A DNA stretch of 32,000 nucleotides, taken from the NCBI GenBank assembly GCA_036787895.1, contig DAIQOK010000003.1, positions 72,328-104,327 of the forward strand, written 5' to 3'. This stretch comes from Bacteroidota bacterium. Its GTDB lineage: Bacteria > Bacteroidota > Bacteroidia > UBA7662. Position 1 is the stretch's first letter. Each line of letters begins with the position of its first letter. The position numbers and the translations under genes are program-made. Positions 24,799 to 32,000 of this stretch are shown one piece after another. Under the pieces are notes generated by a model, which saw only the letters and a program-made list of their open reading frames with translations, did no database searches and was not told where the DNA came from.

Positions 24799-26711
24799 GG
24801 TTTTTTCTTTAGAATAATGGCTTGGCGGTAGGTATTCCCCAAGGAATTGATAAAAGTTGAAAAATCAGCCAACTCAACGGGGTTAATGAGCAGCTTATCA
24901 TTAATTAGTTGGGATCGGGCAATAATTTTATCAGCCTCCTGCTCGTAATTAATTTTAAAATGAAAACCGGAAGTACTGATTTCTGTGTTCTCAGGGAGAG
25001 ATTTCAAAGCATATCCTTCAGGTATTAGAAAGTGAATTTCACGATGAATGGCAGCATTTTTTTCTAATTCAATGGGGGCCTGACGCATCTCGGAATTATC
25101 ACGTAATTTCAAAAAAGATTTATCCAGGTTGAAATTAATTATCAGTTCATCGTCAAACAAAACAGCATATTCCTTGAGGGTGAAATTATAATTGATTCGG
25201 GTTGGTATGTCTTTTCTCAAGCCATTTTCAAAATTGGCATTTTGTACAGAAAACGCATTGTTGCCAAATTCAAGATGGCTACTCAATCGTTTTCGTAACT
25301 CTTGTTCATCGAGGTGCTGGTACAAATGACTGTAATCTGATTTAAAATAACCCGTAACGTCCCGCATCGCAACACCCTCGATAAAACGGCCGTTCCAGCG
25401 TAAATGAAGGCTGTCGTAAATCTGGTTGGCAGCTGCTGAAATCACAGGTACCTGAACCAAAGCATAGGCATCTTTACTCAATCCAATCAACACTTCCTTG
25501 CCCTGTATCATTGAAGTTGGGAAACCAAAGGGGGTATAGCTGCCCGTTCCATCCAAAAACAAGGTCGTATCTGCGGTATGATACACAGCAATCATATGAT
25601 TATCCACCTGTGAAGTAGCCCATTCAGAATATTTATATGGAATATCCCGCGTACCCACCCAGGCGAGATAAGCTGGCAAGCCCGCAACACGCATCAGACT
25701 GAACAATACGGCACTCATATCTTTACAATCGCCAAAACGGGCATTGATTACCTTGCGGGGATCATAAGGCCGGAAACCACGGTAATTTTCCTCAAAAGCT
25801 ACATATTTCAAACTCTCCTGCACCCATTGATAAATGGCTGCTACTTTTTCAAAATCACTGGTTTTGCCAGCCAGTATGGAATCAACTAAAGGTTTGAGCT
25901 CATCATGTGACTCTTCATAAATGTGCCTGATGTTTGGATAATACGTTCGGTATAAACCAGCTACATCGTCGAAACGTTGCCAGCCCGATTTATACAGAAT
26001 CGCATTCACCTTCACTGTGAGGTGGGGGTGATAGTAGCGCGGTGAAGGGCTGTTTTCGAATTGCTTCATGCCCGCCAATTGGGCAGCTTGCCAACTATAA
26101 ATGGTGGTTTTTCCTTTGGTTGTTTTGGCAAATTGAATGTCGACTTGATCGGCATTCCACAAGCGATAGGCAATTTCAAATTGCGGCGGCACCACCAGCT
26201 GCAGATTGGCACTGGCTACAGGTAGTCCGTAGGAAAAGAAAAAAGAAGATAGAAGGTTGACGTCTTTGAAATACAATTCATAATTCACAACCCCCCTGGC
26301 ATCTTTGACCACCTCCGGGAATTGAAAAATTCTTTCCCTGTCGTCTGAATAAAAAATACCATCATCAATCTGGGCATGATCTGTAAAATGTAGGACTGGA
26401 TACTTTTTTGTCTTTCCATTGGCTGCTACCACTTCGGTATAGGCTTCCACATTCGAAAGCTGGGAAAAGTAGCCATACCAAATTGAGTGTCTGGCATGAT
26501 TGGCCGCTTTGTCGGTGGTAAAGTGATAAATCTCACTGACCTTAACTTTTGCTCTCGGCTCACCCTTCTCCATAAATAGCTCCATTACCCAATGCTTCTT
26601 TTCTACCAGCAATGGATTGCTGGCTTGGGCAGAAGTCGTGAATAACAGAAGTAATAGGAGAAAACAACTAAGGTGTTTCAACCAATTCGAAATCTCTGAC
26701 TTCATGTTCAT
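24795..26711 (-). CDS. Secreted transglutaminase-like cysteine protease superfamily protein (DUF3857 N-terminal region plus transglutaminase core)
   Basis: Signal peptide CFLLLLLLFTTSAQAS. Transglutaminase core pattern GDCKDMSAVLFSLMRVAGLPAYLAWVG...DNHMIAVY...FLDGT, with Cys329 at codon 25725-25727, His372 and Asp387. Confidence 0.7.
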   Translation of the reverse strand: MNMKSEISNWLKHLSCFLLLLLLFTTSAQASNPLLVEKKHWVMELFMEKGEPRAKVKVSEIYHFTTDKAANHARHSIWYGYFSQLSNVEAYTEVVAANGKTKKYPVLHFTDHAQIDDGIFYSDDRERIFQFPEVVKDARGVVNYELYFKDVNLLSSFFFSYGLPVASANLQLVVPPQFEIAYRLWNADQVDIQFAKTTKGKTTIYSWQAAQLAGMKQFENSPSPRYYHPHLTVKVNAILYKSGWQRFDDVAGLYRTYYPNIRHIYEESHDELKPLVDSILAGKTSDFEKVAAIYQWVQESLKYVAFEENYRGFRPYDPRKVINARFGDCKDMSAVLFSLMRVAGLPAYLAWVGTRDIPYKYSEWATSQVDNHMIAVYHTADTTLFLDGTGSYTPFGFPTSMIQGKEVLIGLSKDAYALVQVPVISAAANQIYDSLHLRWNGRFIEGVAMRDVTGYFKSDYSHLYQHLDEQELRKRLSSHLEFGNNAFSVQNANFENGLRKDIPTRINYNFTLKEYAVLFDDELIINFNLDKSFLKLRDNSEMRQAPIELEKNAAIHREIHFLIPEGYALKSLPENTEISTSGFHFKINYEQEADKIIARSQLINDKLLINPVELADFSTFINSLGNTYRQAIILKKKP

Positions 26712-29700
26712 GCGTTTTTACTCCCTTTAAATCGTAATACACTACTTTTCCCAACGGCAAATCACACACCATATGTATTTCACTGAAAACTTTGTCTGGT
26801 GCACTGTAGCGTGTGATGACGCCATGCCAATTACCAAACAAATTATTACCCACCAGCCGCGGTTTACCACCGGGGTAACCATAGTAAAATGGCCCATGAT
26901 AATCACCCAATATCAGCGTATAACTTTCCATTACACTGCCATCGGCATGATAACGAATGATATTACCATGAAAATTCCCATCCAGGTATTGCTCTTTAGC
27001 AGCAATTTTTCCATTACTGAAATAACTGACAATTACAGCAGAATCGGGATTTACAAAGATAGCGGGTAACATTTTGTTATCTCTTCCCAGGTAGCGGAAA
27101 CTATCAATTTCACCTTGGGAATAATGTTTTTCCTGCAGAATTTCTCCGTTATAGTCGTAATAAGTCGACCACCCCTGCCGCCGACCATGAGAATCGTAGG
27201 CAATTGCCACATCCAGCTTCCCATTGTAGTGATAATGCTTCCACACACCCGACCGTTTTCCTTCTTTATAATTACCGGTATTTTCAATTTTACCATTGGG
27301 ATAATAAAACACGGATAATGAATCTAATTGCCCCTGATTATACCATTCTTTTGAGCGTAAATTGCCCGTATGATAGTAACGATACGCCCAACCCTGAAGG
27401 GCATCCTCCTGATAGCTCCTTACTTCCAGGGTATCACCAAGCTCATTTTTGTGGATTGACTGACCTTGTACTTCCCCGCAGGTCACTTCGTTCCTGATGC
27501 GCGTCTGACCATTACTGAAAGGAATAATCCAGTATTTTTCATTCGCAGCTATGCTGGAATACACATGCCTTTTACCCTTATTATCGTAGTAATACTGCCA
27601 TTTAGCATCCATGCTATTTTCATATATATCCTCGAGCCTTAAGCGGCCATCCACATGAAAATCGTAGCTCACCCCTCGCCGCCTACCGTTGAGCAAAAAT
27701 GACCGCTCCCTGAGCAGTCCATTTTCATGGTACCACTCCCAGCGACCTTGACCTTCGTCATTAACATAATTCCCCGACATCTTGAGGGTTCCATCTGGAT
27801 AATACTCTATCGTAGGGCCATCTAAATCGCCGTTTTTGTAATTATTAACCTCGATAAGCTGACCCAGATAATCGTATTTCTTTTCTTCTCCCCATTTATA
27901 CCCCTCTTTATATTCTGCCTGCATACGCAACTGTCCGTTTTTGTGATACCAGCGCCAACTCCCATCCATCATTCCCTTATTGTATTGGCCTTCCATCGCA
28001 ACTACACCATTATCATGTTTGGTTTTTACCGCATAGTTACCGCTCGAGTGCCCGAATTGAGCAACCTCCTTACCATTAATATCATAATAACGCTCTTCTA
28101 CATATTTACCACCGGCTTTTGCGATTACTACTCTTTCCAACCGCCCGTGATTATCATAAAATTCCTGACGTCCAACTTTCTCTCCCTTTTCGAATAACAA
28201 TACCGTTTCAAGCGTAGCTGTTACACTATAATATTCCCATCGACCGGTATTTTTTTCATGCTCATCGAATTTGCCGCGACTTTTTATCTGGCCATTGTCG
28301 TAATAAAAAGTCCAATCACCCTGCTGTTTCCCTTGTGCATATTGGCCTTTCGAATACAGCTTACCGTTTTCATAATAGCGTTCAAAATTTCCGTGGGCTT
28401 TACCATTTATATAAAACAGCTTCAAATCTGGTCCGCCGTTTTTGTAATAAGTAAACCCTGAATCTACATAGGCACCTTTTTGCATACGACAAGTAGATTC
28501 CAATTTTCCACTTTTGAAATAGGTTGTTTCCACCCCTTCTTCTTCATCGGCTTTGAAACTGACTGTCTTTTTGAGCGCACCGCAGTCGAAATAATAGCGC
28601 GCATCTCCTTCAGCCATGTCGTTCACAAAATTGAGCTCAGAGATTTTATTTCCATTTTTATAATACCTGAAGAAAGCACCATTTTGTTTCCCATCGGCAT
28701 AATTAATTTCATATTCCAGCCAGCCTTCCCGGTGATAATATCTCCAAAGACCACTTTTTTTATAATTTACATATTCCCCTTCGGCCGTTAGCACGCCATT
28801 GGTAGCAAAATAATACCAATATCCTTTGCGTTTACCGAGGTCGCTATTTTCAGCTTCACCCAGTGCTTCTATTTTTTGCCTGCTGTACCAGCATTCCAAA
28901 TCGACCATTTTGCCATGAATATTGAGTTGCTGCCGGTTCATGATGCCGCGCAAAAGAACATTTAATTCATCTTCAACCAATTTTGTCTTTTTTTGATTTT
29001 TAGCCAGCCACTTATCGTTCTCGGTATGATCCATGGCGCCAATCATTAAGCGCACAAAAGGTTCAATCAATTTTTTCTCCTTGAGTTGCTGATAAAAGGC
29101 CCCGTAATACTGCTCATATAAATCATCACTTTTGGCCTTGTAAGTATAAGTCTCAATAAAGTATTTGTATTGTTTAACCAGTGCCGCATCAAACTTAATT
29201 CCTGATTTATAGGCTGCATTTAAGGGTAGTTTGGCTTCAATTTTTTCATCAATCGAGCCAAAGGTGTTTTTAGCGTAGGCCGACTTAGGCTTGAATTTTT
29301 CGTTGAGTTCGAAAGAACCATTACAAAGCGCTTCAACCTCTTTTAAAATGGTGAAGTTGTTATTGAGAATAAGGTACACGCCCCAAGCCATCAGAGCATG
29401 GCTGTAGTGTTGCTGACCGGCAGCCAAATAACCCATGAAATAATGCGGGTTCGACGACCAGGGATTCATGTCGATGGCTTGAAGTGTTGCTGTTTGAGCC
29501 AACTCAAAATTTCCACGGTGATAATTCACAAATCCCTTATTCGCTGTAAAAAGAGGATCGACCGGGAATAGCCGGATTCCTGCCTCCAAATAATAATCTG
29601 CTGAATCCGGCATTTTAAGCTGGTGGTAGGCCAAAGCCAGCATATTGTAGGTTTCATTCATTTGCTCATGGGGAAAACGATTTGCACTGAGCATATTTCT

Positions 29701-29946
29701 TTTCGCCTCTTCATAATTTTTGCTCTCATACGACATGCGGCCAGCAAGTATTTGAGCAGCCACATAATTGGTATCGCCTTCAAAAATTTCATTTAACAGT
29801 GTAATTGCGTCTGCTTGTTTTTCAGACTCATAGAGCTTGTAAGCCTGCGAAATCATCTTACCCGATTCCTGTAAAGGTATTTGAGCCAAAAGCGAACTCA
29901 TCATTAAATAGCAACAGAAGAAACTGACTACCACTCGAAAATCCAT
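26668..29946 (-). CDS. Large secreted TPR plus MORN-variant (YwqK-like) repeat protein
   Basis: The track start at 29970 is a TTG. The ATG at 29944-29946 gives MDFRVVVSFFCCYLMMSSLLAQ (signal peptide). TPR-like helical repeats occupy about the first 200 aa. A ~180-aa unassigned region follows, and then about 30 tandem ~23-aa G-x-W-x-Y-Y-x-x-G-x-L units run to the C-terminus. Confidence 0.75.
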   Translation of the reverse strand: MDFRVVVSFFCCYLMMSSLLAQIPLQESGKMISQAYKLYESEKQADAITLLNEIFEGDTNYVAAQILAGRMSYESKNYEEAKRNMLSANRFPHEQMNETYNMLALAYHQLKMPDSADYYLEAGIRLFPVDPLFTANKGFVNYHRGNFELAQTATLQAIDMNPWSSNPHYFMGYLAAGQQHYSHALMAWGVYLILNNNFTILKEVEALCNGSFELNEKFKPKSAYAKNTFGSIDEKIEAKLPLNAAYKSGIKFDAALVKQYKYFIETYTYKAKSDDLYEQYYGAFYQQLKEKKLIEPFVRLMIGAMDHTENDKWLAKNQKKTKLVEDELNVLLRGIMNRQQLNIHGKMVDLECWYSRQKIEALGEAENSDLGKRKGYWYYFATNGVLTAEGEYVNYKKSGLWRYYHREGWLEYEINYADGKQNGAFFRYYKNGNKISELNFVNDMAEGDARYYFDCGALKKTVSFKADEEEGVETTYFKSGKLESTCRMQKGAYVDSGFTYYKNGGPDLKLFYINGKAHGNFERYYENGKLYSKGQYAQGKQQGDWTFYYDNGQIKSRGKFDEHEKNTGRWEYYSVTATLETVLLFEKGEKVGRQEFYDNHGRLERVVIAKAGGKYVEERYYDINGKEVAQFGHSSGNYAVKTKHDNGVVAMEGQYNKGMMDGSWRWYHKNGQLRMQAEYKEGYKWGEEKKYDYLGQLIEVNNYKNGDLDGPTIEYYPDGTLKMSGNYVNDEGQGRWEWYHENGLLRERSFLLNGRRRGVSYDFHVDGRLRLEDIYENSMDAKWQYYYDNKGKRHVYSSIAANEKYWIIPFSNGQTRIRNEVTCGEVQGQSIHKNELGDTLEVRSYQEDALQGWAYRYYHTGNLRSKEWYNQGQLDSLSVFYYPNGKIENTGNYKEGKRSGVWKHYHYNGKLDVAIAYDSHGRRQGWSTYYDYNGEILQEKHYSQGEIDSFRYLGRDNKMLPAIFVNPDSAVIVSYFSNGKIAAKEQYLDGNFHGNIIRYHADGSVMESYTLILGDYHGPFYYGYPGGKPRLVGNNLFGNWHGVITRYSAPDKVFSEIHMVCDLPLGKVVYYDLKGVKTHEHEVRDFELVETP
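26671..28824 (-). repeat. Protein-level tandem array of about 30 MORN-variant / YwqK-type repeats (diverged at the DNA level)
   Basis: The units were counted by eye. Examples are GYWYYFATNGVLTAEGEYVNYKKS, GLWRYYHREGWLEYEINYADGKQN, GSWRWYHKNGQLRMQAEYKEGYKW and GVWKHYHYNGKLDVAIAYDSHGRRQ. Confidence 0.65.
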
Positions 29947-30082
29947 AATTGCAAGAGTTAAAGGAGACAATATACAAGCGAAGCGTTAAACTTCCATGAA
30001 GATTTGAAGTAAAAAAAAGACAAGAATGTCCTTTTCTATTTTGGATGTTTTTATCTACTTTTACATCATCAAACCATTATCC

Positions 30083-31357
30083 ATGTTAAAATCAGCTGTT
30101 ACTCCCGAACAAGCCGTATCGCTCATCCAAAGTGGCGACCATATCTATATTCAAGCAGCCGCAGCCGCGCCGACACATTTGGTGCAGGCGCTTACCAAAC
30201 GACATACAAGCTTAAAAGAAATTCAGATTTACCAAATGCATACCGAAGGCCCGGCCGATTATGCCTTACCGCAGTATGCCGACAGTTTTCAGGTGAATGC
30301 TTTTTTTATCGGTAGCAACATTCGATCCTCTATTCAGGCAGGTCATGCACAATATATCCCCGTTTTTTTAAGTGAGATTCCTTTGCTCTTTCGTCGCAAT
30401 ATCATACCAATAGACGTGGCGCTCATCCAGGTGTCTCCGCCTGACAATCATGGCTTCTGTTCCCTCGGTGTTTCGGTAGAAGCAAGCAAAGCAGCCATTG
30501 AAAATGCCCGCCTGGTTATTGCCCAGGTCAACAAAAAAATGCCACGCTCCCATGGTGATGGTTTGGTACATATCAGCCGGTTTGATGCCTATTGTGAAGT
30601 AGATGAATATTTACCAGCCCACGATTTAGGTACGCCCGACAAAATTGAAACCTTGATAGGTCAGCACGTAGCCGGTTTGGTTGAAGATGGCGCTACCTTA
30701 CAAATGGGCATAGGCGGTATACCTAATGCGGCATTACAATTTTTGGGCAACCACAAAAACCTGGGTATACATACCGAGATGTTCTCAGATGGCATTCTTC
30801 CGCTCCTCGAAAAAGGCGTGATCAATGGTCTGAATAAAAAAATTCACCCGGGCAAAATAGTTTCCACTTTTGCCATGGGCACCCAAAAATTGTACGACTT
30901 CATTCACGACAATCCCCAGGTGGCTATGCTCGACGTACAATATGTAAACGATACAGCGGTTATCAGGCGCAATCCCAAGGTTACCGCCATCAATTCAGCC
31001 ATCGAAATCGACATTACCGGTCAGGTTTGCGCCGACTCTATTGGCTATAAAATGTACTCAGGTGTTGGCGGACAGATGGATTTTATCCGGGGCGCTTCAC
31101 TTTCAGAAGGCGGTCGGCCTATCATTGCTCTCCCTGCTCAAACCCTGAAAGGCGTGAGCAAAATAGTCCCTGCATTGAAAGAAAGCGCCGGTGTGGTTAC
31201 TACCCGCGCGCATATTCACTTCGTGGTCACCGAATTTGGTGTGGTAGACTTGTATGGTAAAAACCTTAAACAAAGAGCGCACGCATTAATCAATATCGCT
31301 CACCCCGATCATCGTGAAGCTTTAAGTGAAATGGCCTGGAAACGTTTCGGCAAATAA
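30083..31357 (+). CDS. Acetyl-CoA hydrolase/transferase family protein (4-hydroxybutyrate CoA-transferase-like)
   Basis: Family-typical blocks are GDHIYIQAAAAAP, VALIQVSPPDNHGFCSLG, TLQMGIGGIPNA, HTEMFSDG, EIDITGQVCADSIG, SGVGGQMDF and IAHPDHRE. The track start at 30026 adds a hydrophobic 19-aa extension. I prefer the ATG at 30083 (MLKSAVTPEQAV), which has a TACTTTTA box 20 nt upstream. Confidence 0.85.
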   Translation: MLKSAVTPEQAVSLIQSGDHIYIQAAAAAPTHLVQALTKRHTSLKEIQIYQMHTEGPADYALPQYADSFQVNAFFIGSNIRSSIQAGHAQYIPVFLSEIPLLFRRNIIPIDVALIQVSPPDNHGFCSLGVSVEASKAAIENARLVIAQVNKKMPRSHGDGLVHISRFDAYCEVDEYLPAHDLGTPDKIETLIGQHVAGLVEDGATLQMGIGGIPNAALQFLGNHKNLGIHTEMFSDGILPLLEKGVINGLNKKIHPGKIVSTFAMGTQKLYDFIHDNPQVAMLDVQYVNDTAVIRRNPKVTAINSAIEIDITGQVCADSIGYKMYSGVGGQMDFIRGASLSEGGRPIIALPAQTLKGVSKIVPALKESAGVVTTRAHIHFVVTEFGVVDLYGKNLKQRAHALINIAHPDHREALSEMAWKRFGK

Positions 31358-31418
31358 ATAATAGCAGGGCTTTACTATAAAATGGAAGTTTAAAGCAACC
31401 ATTTTTGCCAGTCGCTGT

Positions 31419-31426
31419 TACTTTTG
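31419..31426 (+). promoter_or_regulatory. Candidate -7 promoter box TACTTTTG upstream of tpx
   Basis: An exact TAnnTTTG match lies 19 nt upstream of the tpx ATG. No well-spaced -33 TTTG is present. Confidence 0.3.
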
Positions 31427-31444
31427 TTTTAAAACCTACTTCAC

Positions 31445-31948
31445 ATGGCTAAAATTACCTTGGGTGGAAATCCCGTTCATACCTCCGGCGAAATGCCTAA
31501 AATCGGCCAAAAAGCACCGGATTTTAAACTAATCAGTTCAGATTTAAAAGAAGTTGGACTGCGTGATTTTCGAGGCAAAAAACTCGTAATGAACGTCTTC
31601 CCCAGCATCGACACCCAGGTTTGTGCAGCCTCAGTGCGTATGTTCAGCAAAGCGGCAACTACGCTCGACAACACCATAGTGATACACATCAGCCGTGATT
31701 TGCCCTTTGCTCACAAACGTTTTTGTGCCACTGAAGGCCTGGAAAATGTGATGAGCCTAGCTGAATTCAAAGACCATCAGTTTGGACAGCAATATGGTTT
31801 GGATATGGTGGATGGCAATTTTGCAGGTCTGCTGAGTCGCGCTGTTTTGGTACTCGACGAAAATGGGCAAGTGCTCTATACCGAACAAGTGCCGGAAATT
31901 GGCGAAGAACCCGACTACGACGCAGCTCTGGCAGCGTTGAACGCCTGA
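31445..31948 (+). CDS. tpx: Thiol peroxidase (atypical 2-Cys peroxiredoxin)
   Basis: The 167-aa product carries the peroxidatic Cys context FPSIDTQVCAAS and the resolving Cys in RFCATEG. Length and N-terminus (ITLGGNPVHTSGEMPKIG) are typical of Tpx. Confidence 0.9.
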   Translation: MAKITLGGNPVHTSGEMPKIGQKAPDFKLISSDLKEVGLRDFRGKKLVMNVFPSIDTQVCAASVRMFSKAATTLDNTIVIHISRDLPFAHKRFCATEGLENVMSLAEFKDHQFGQQYGLDMVDGNFAGLLSRAVLVLDENGQVLYTEQVPEIGEEPDYDAALAALNA

Positions 31949-31965
31949 TTTAAGACAATAAAAAA

Positions 31966-31995
31966 GGGGTTGATGTGTACATCAACCCCTTTTTT
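31966..31995 (+). terminator. Rho-independent terminator of tpx
   Basis: GGGGTTGAT-gtgtac-ATCAACCCC followed by TTTTTT, 18 nt after the stop codon. Confidence 0.85.
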
Positions 31996-32000
31996 GCAAA

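Noticed and set aside
26668-29946. Interpreting the YwqK-like repeat protein as a toxin-antitoxin antitoxin.
   Set aside because: The 'YwqK family antitoxin' label commonly attached to MORN-variant repeats is annotation propagation. This protein is 1092 aa, has a signal peptide and TPRs, and has no adjacent toxin-like gene.
1-32000. Mobile elements, integrases/transposases, CRISPR arrays, tRNA/rRNA genes and long DNA-level direct or inverted repeats.
   Set aside because: I saw no transposase- or integrase-like ORF, no regularly spaced repeats and no tRNA-like T-arm or acceptor patterns. This visual scan cannot exclude short or degenerate elements. A computational repeat and tRNA scan would be needed to be sure.

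Overview
This is a dense chromosomal window that looks like Bacteroidota. The evidence is Bacteroides-type TTTG / TAnnTTTG promoter boxes, no obvious Shine-Dalgarno signals, many lipoprotein or secreted products, and transglutaminase-like and MORN-variant repeat proteins. I support about 21 protein genes, mostly on the minus strand. I found no tRNA, rRNA, CRISPR array or recognisable mobile element.

Gene content, from left to right:
- A partial S41 peptidase, a beta-barrel-like secreted protein and a 7TM hybrid histidine kinase, chained on the minus strand.
- A lipoprotein with a duplicated H-x2-P-G-H-x-C motif.
- A tightly packed five-gene cluster: FabG-type SDR, KASIII-like enzyme with a degenerate catalytic triad, alpha/beta hydrolase, Na+/solute symporter and adenylate-forming ligase. 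A 444-bp upstream region carries a dense AAGTCG/CGACTT motif array.
- A small secreted protein, back-to-back terminators and a possible 27-aa membrane ORF.
- A sigma-54-dependent NtrC-type regulator, convergent with a hybrid HK-REC-HPt kinase. Their stop codons overlap.
- metH-metF behind a clear SAM-I riboswitch that has its own promoter and terminator.
- A SAM-dependent methyltransferase and an esterase.
- A three-gene secreted operon: a TPR protein with about 30 MORN/YwqK repeats, a transglutaminase-like Cys-His-Asp protein, and a paralog whose Cys appears replaced.
- A CoA-transferase and tpx.

The best candidates for something undescribed are the symporter-containing thiolase/SDR/hydrolase/ligase cluster with its operator-like array, and the TPR-MORN / transglutaminase pair operon.

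All domain calls come from motif recognition by eye. No database search was run.
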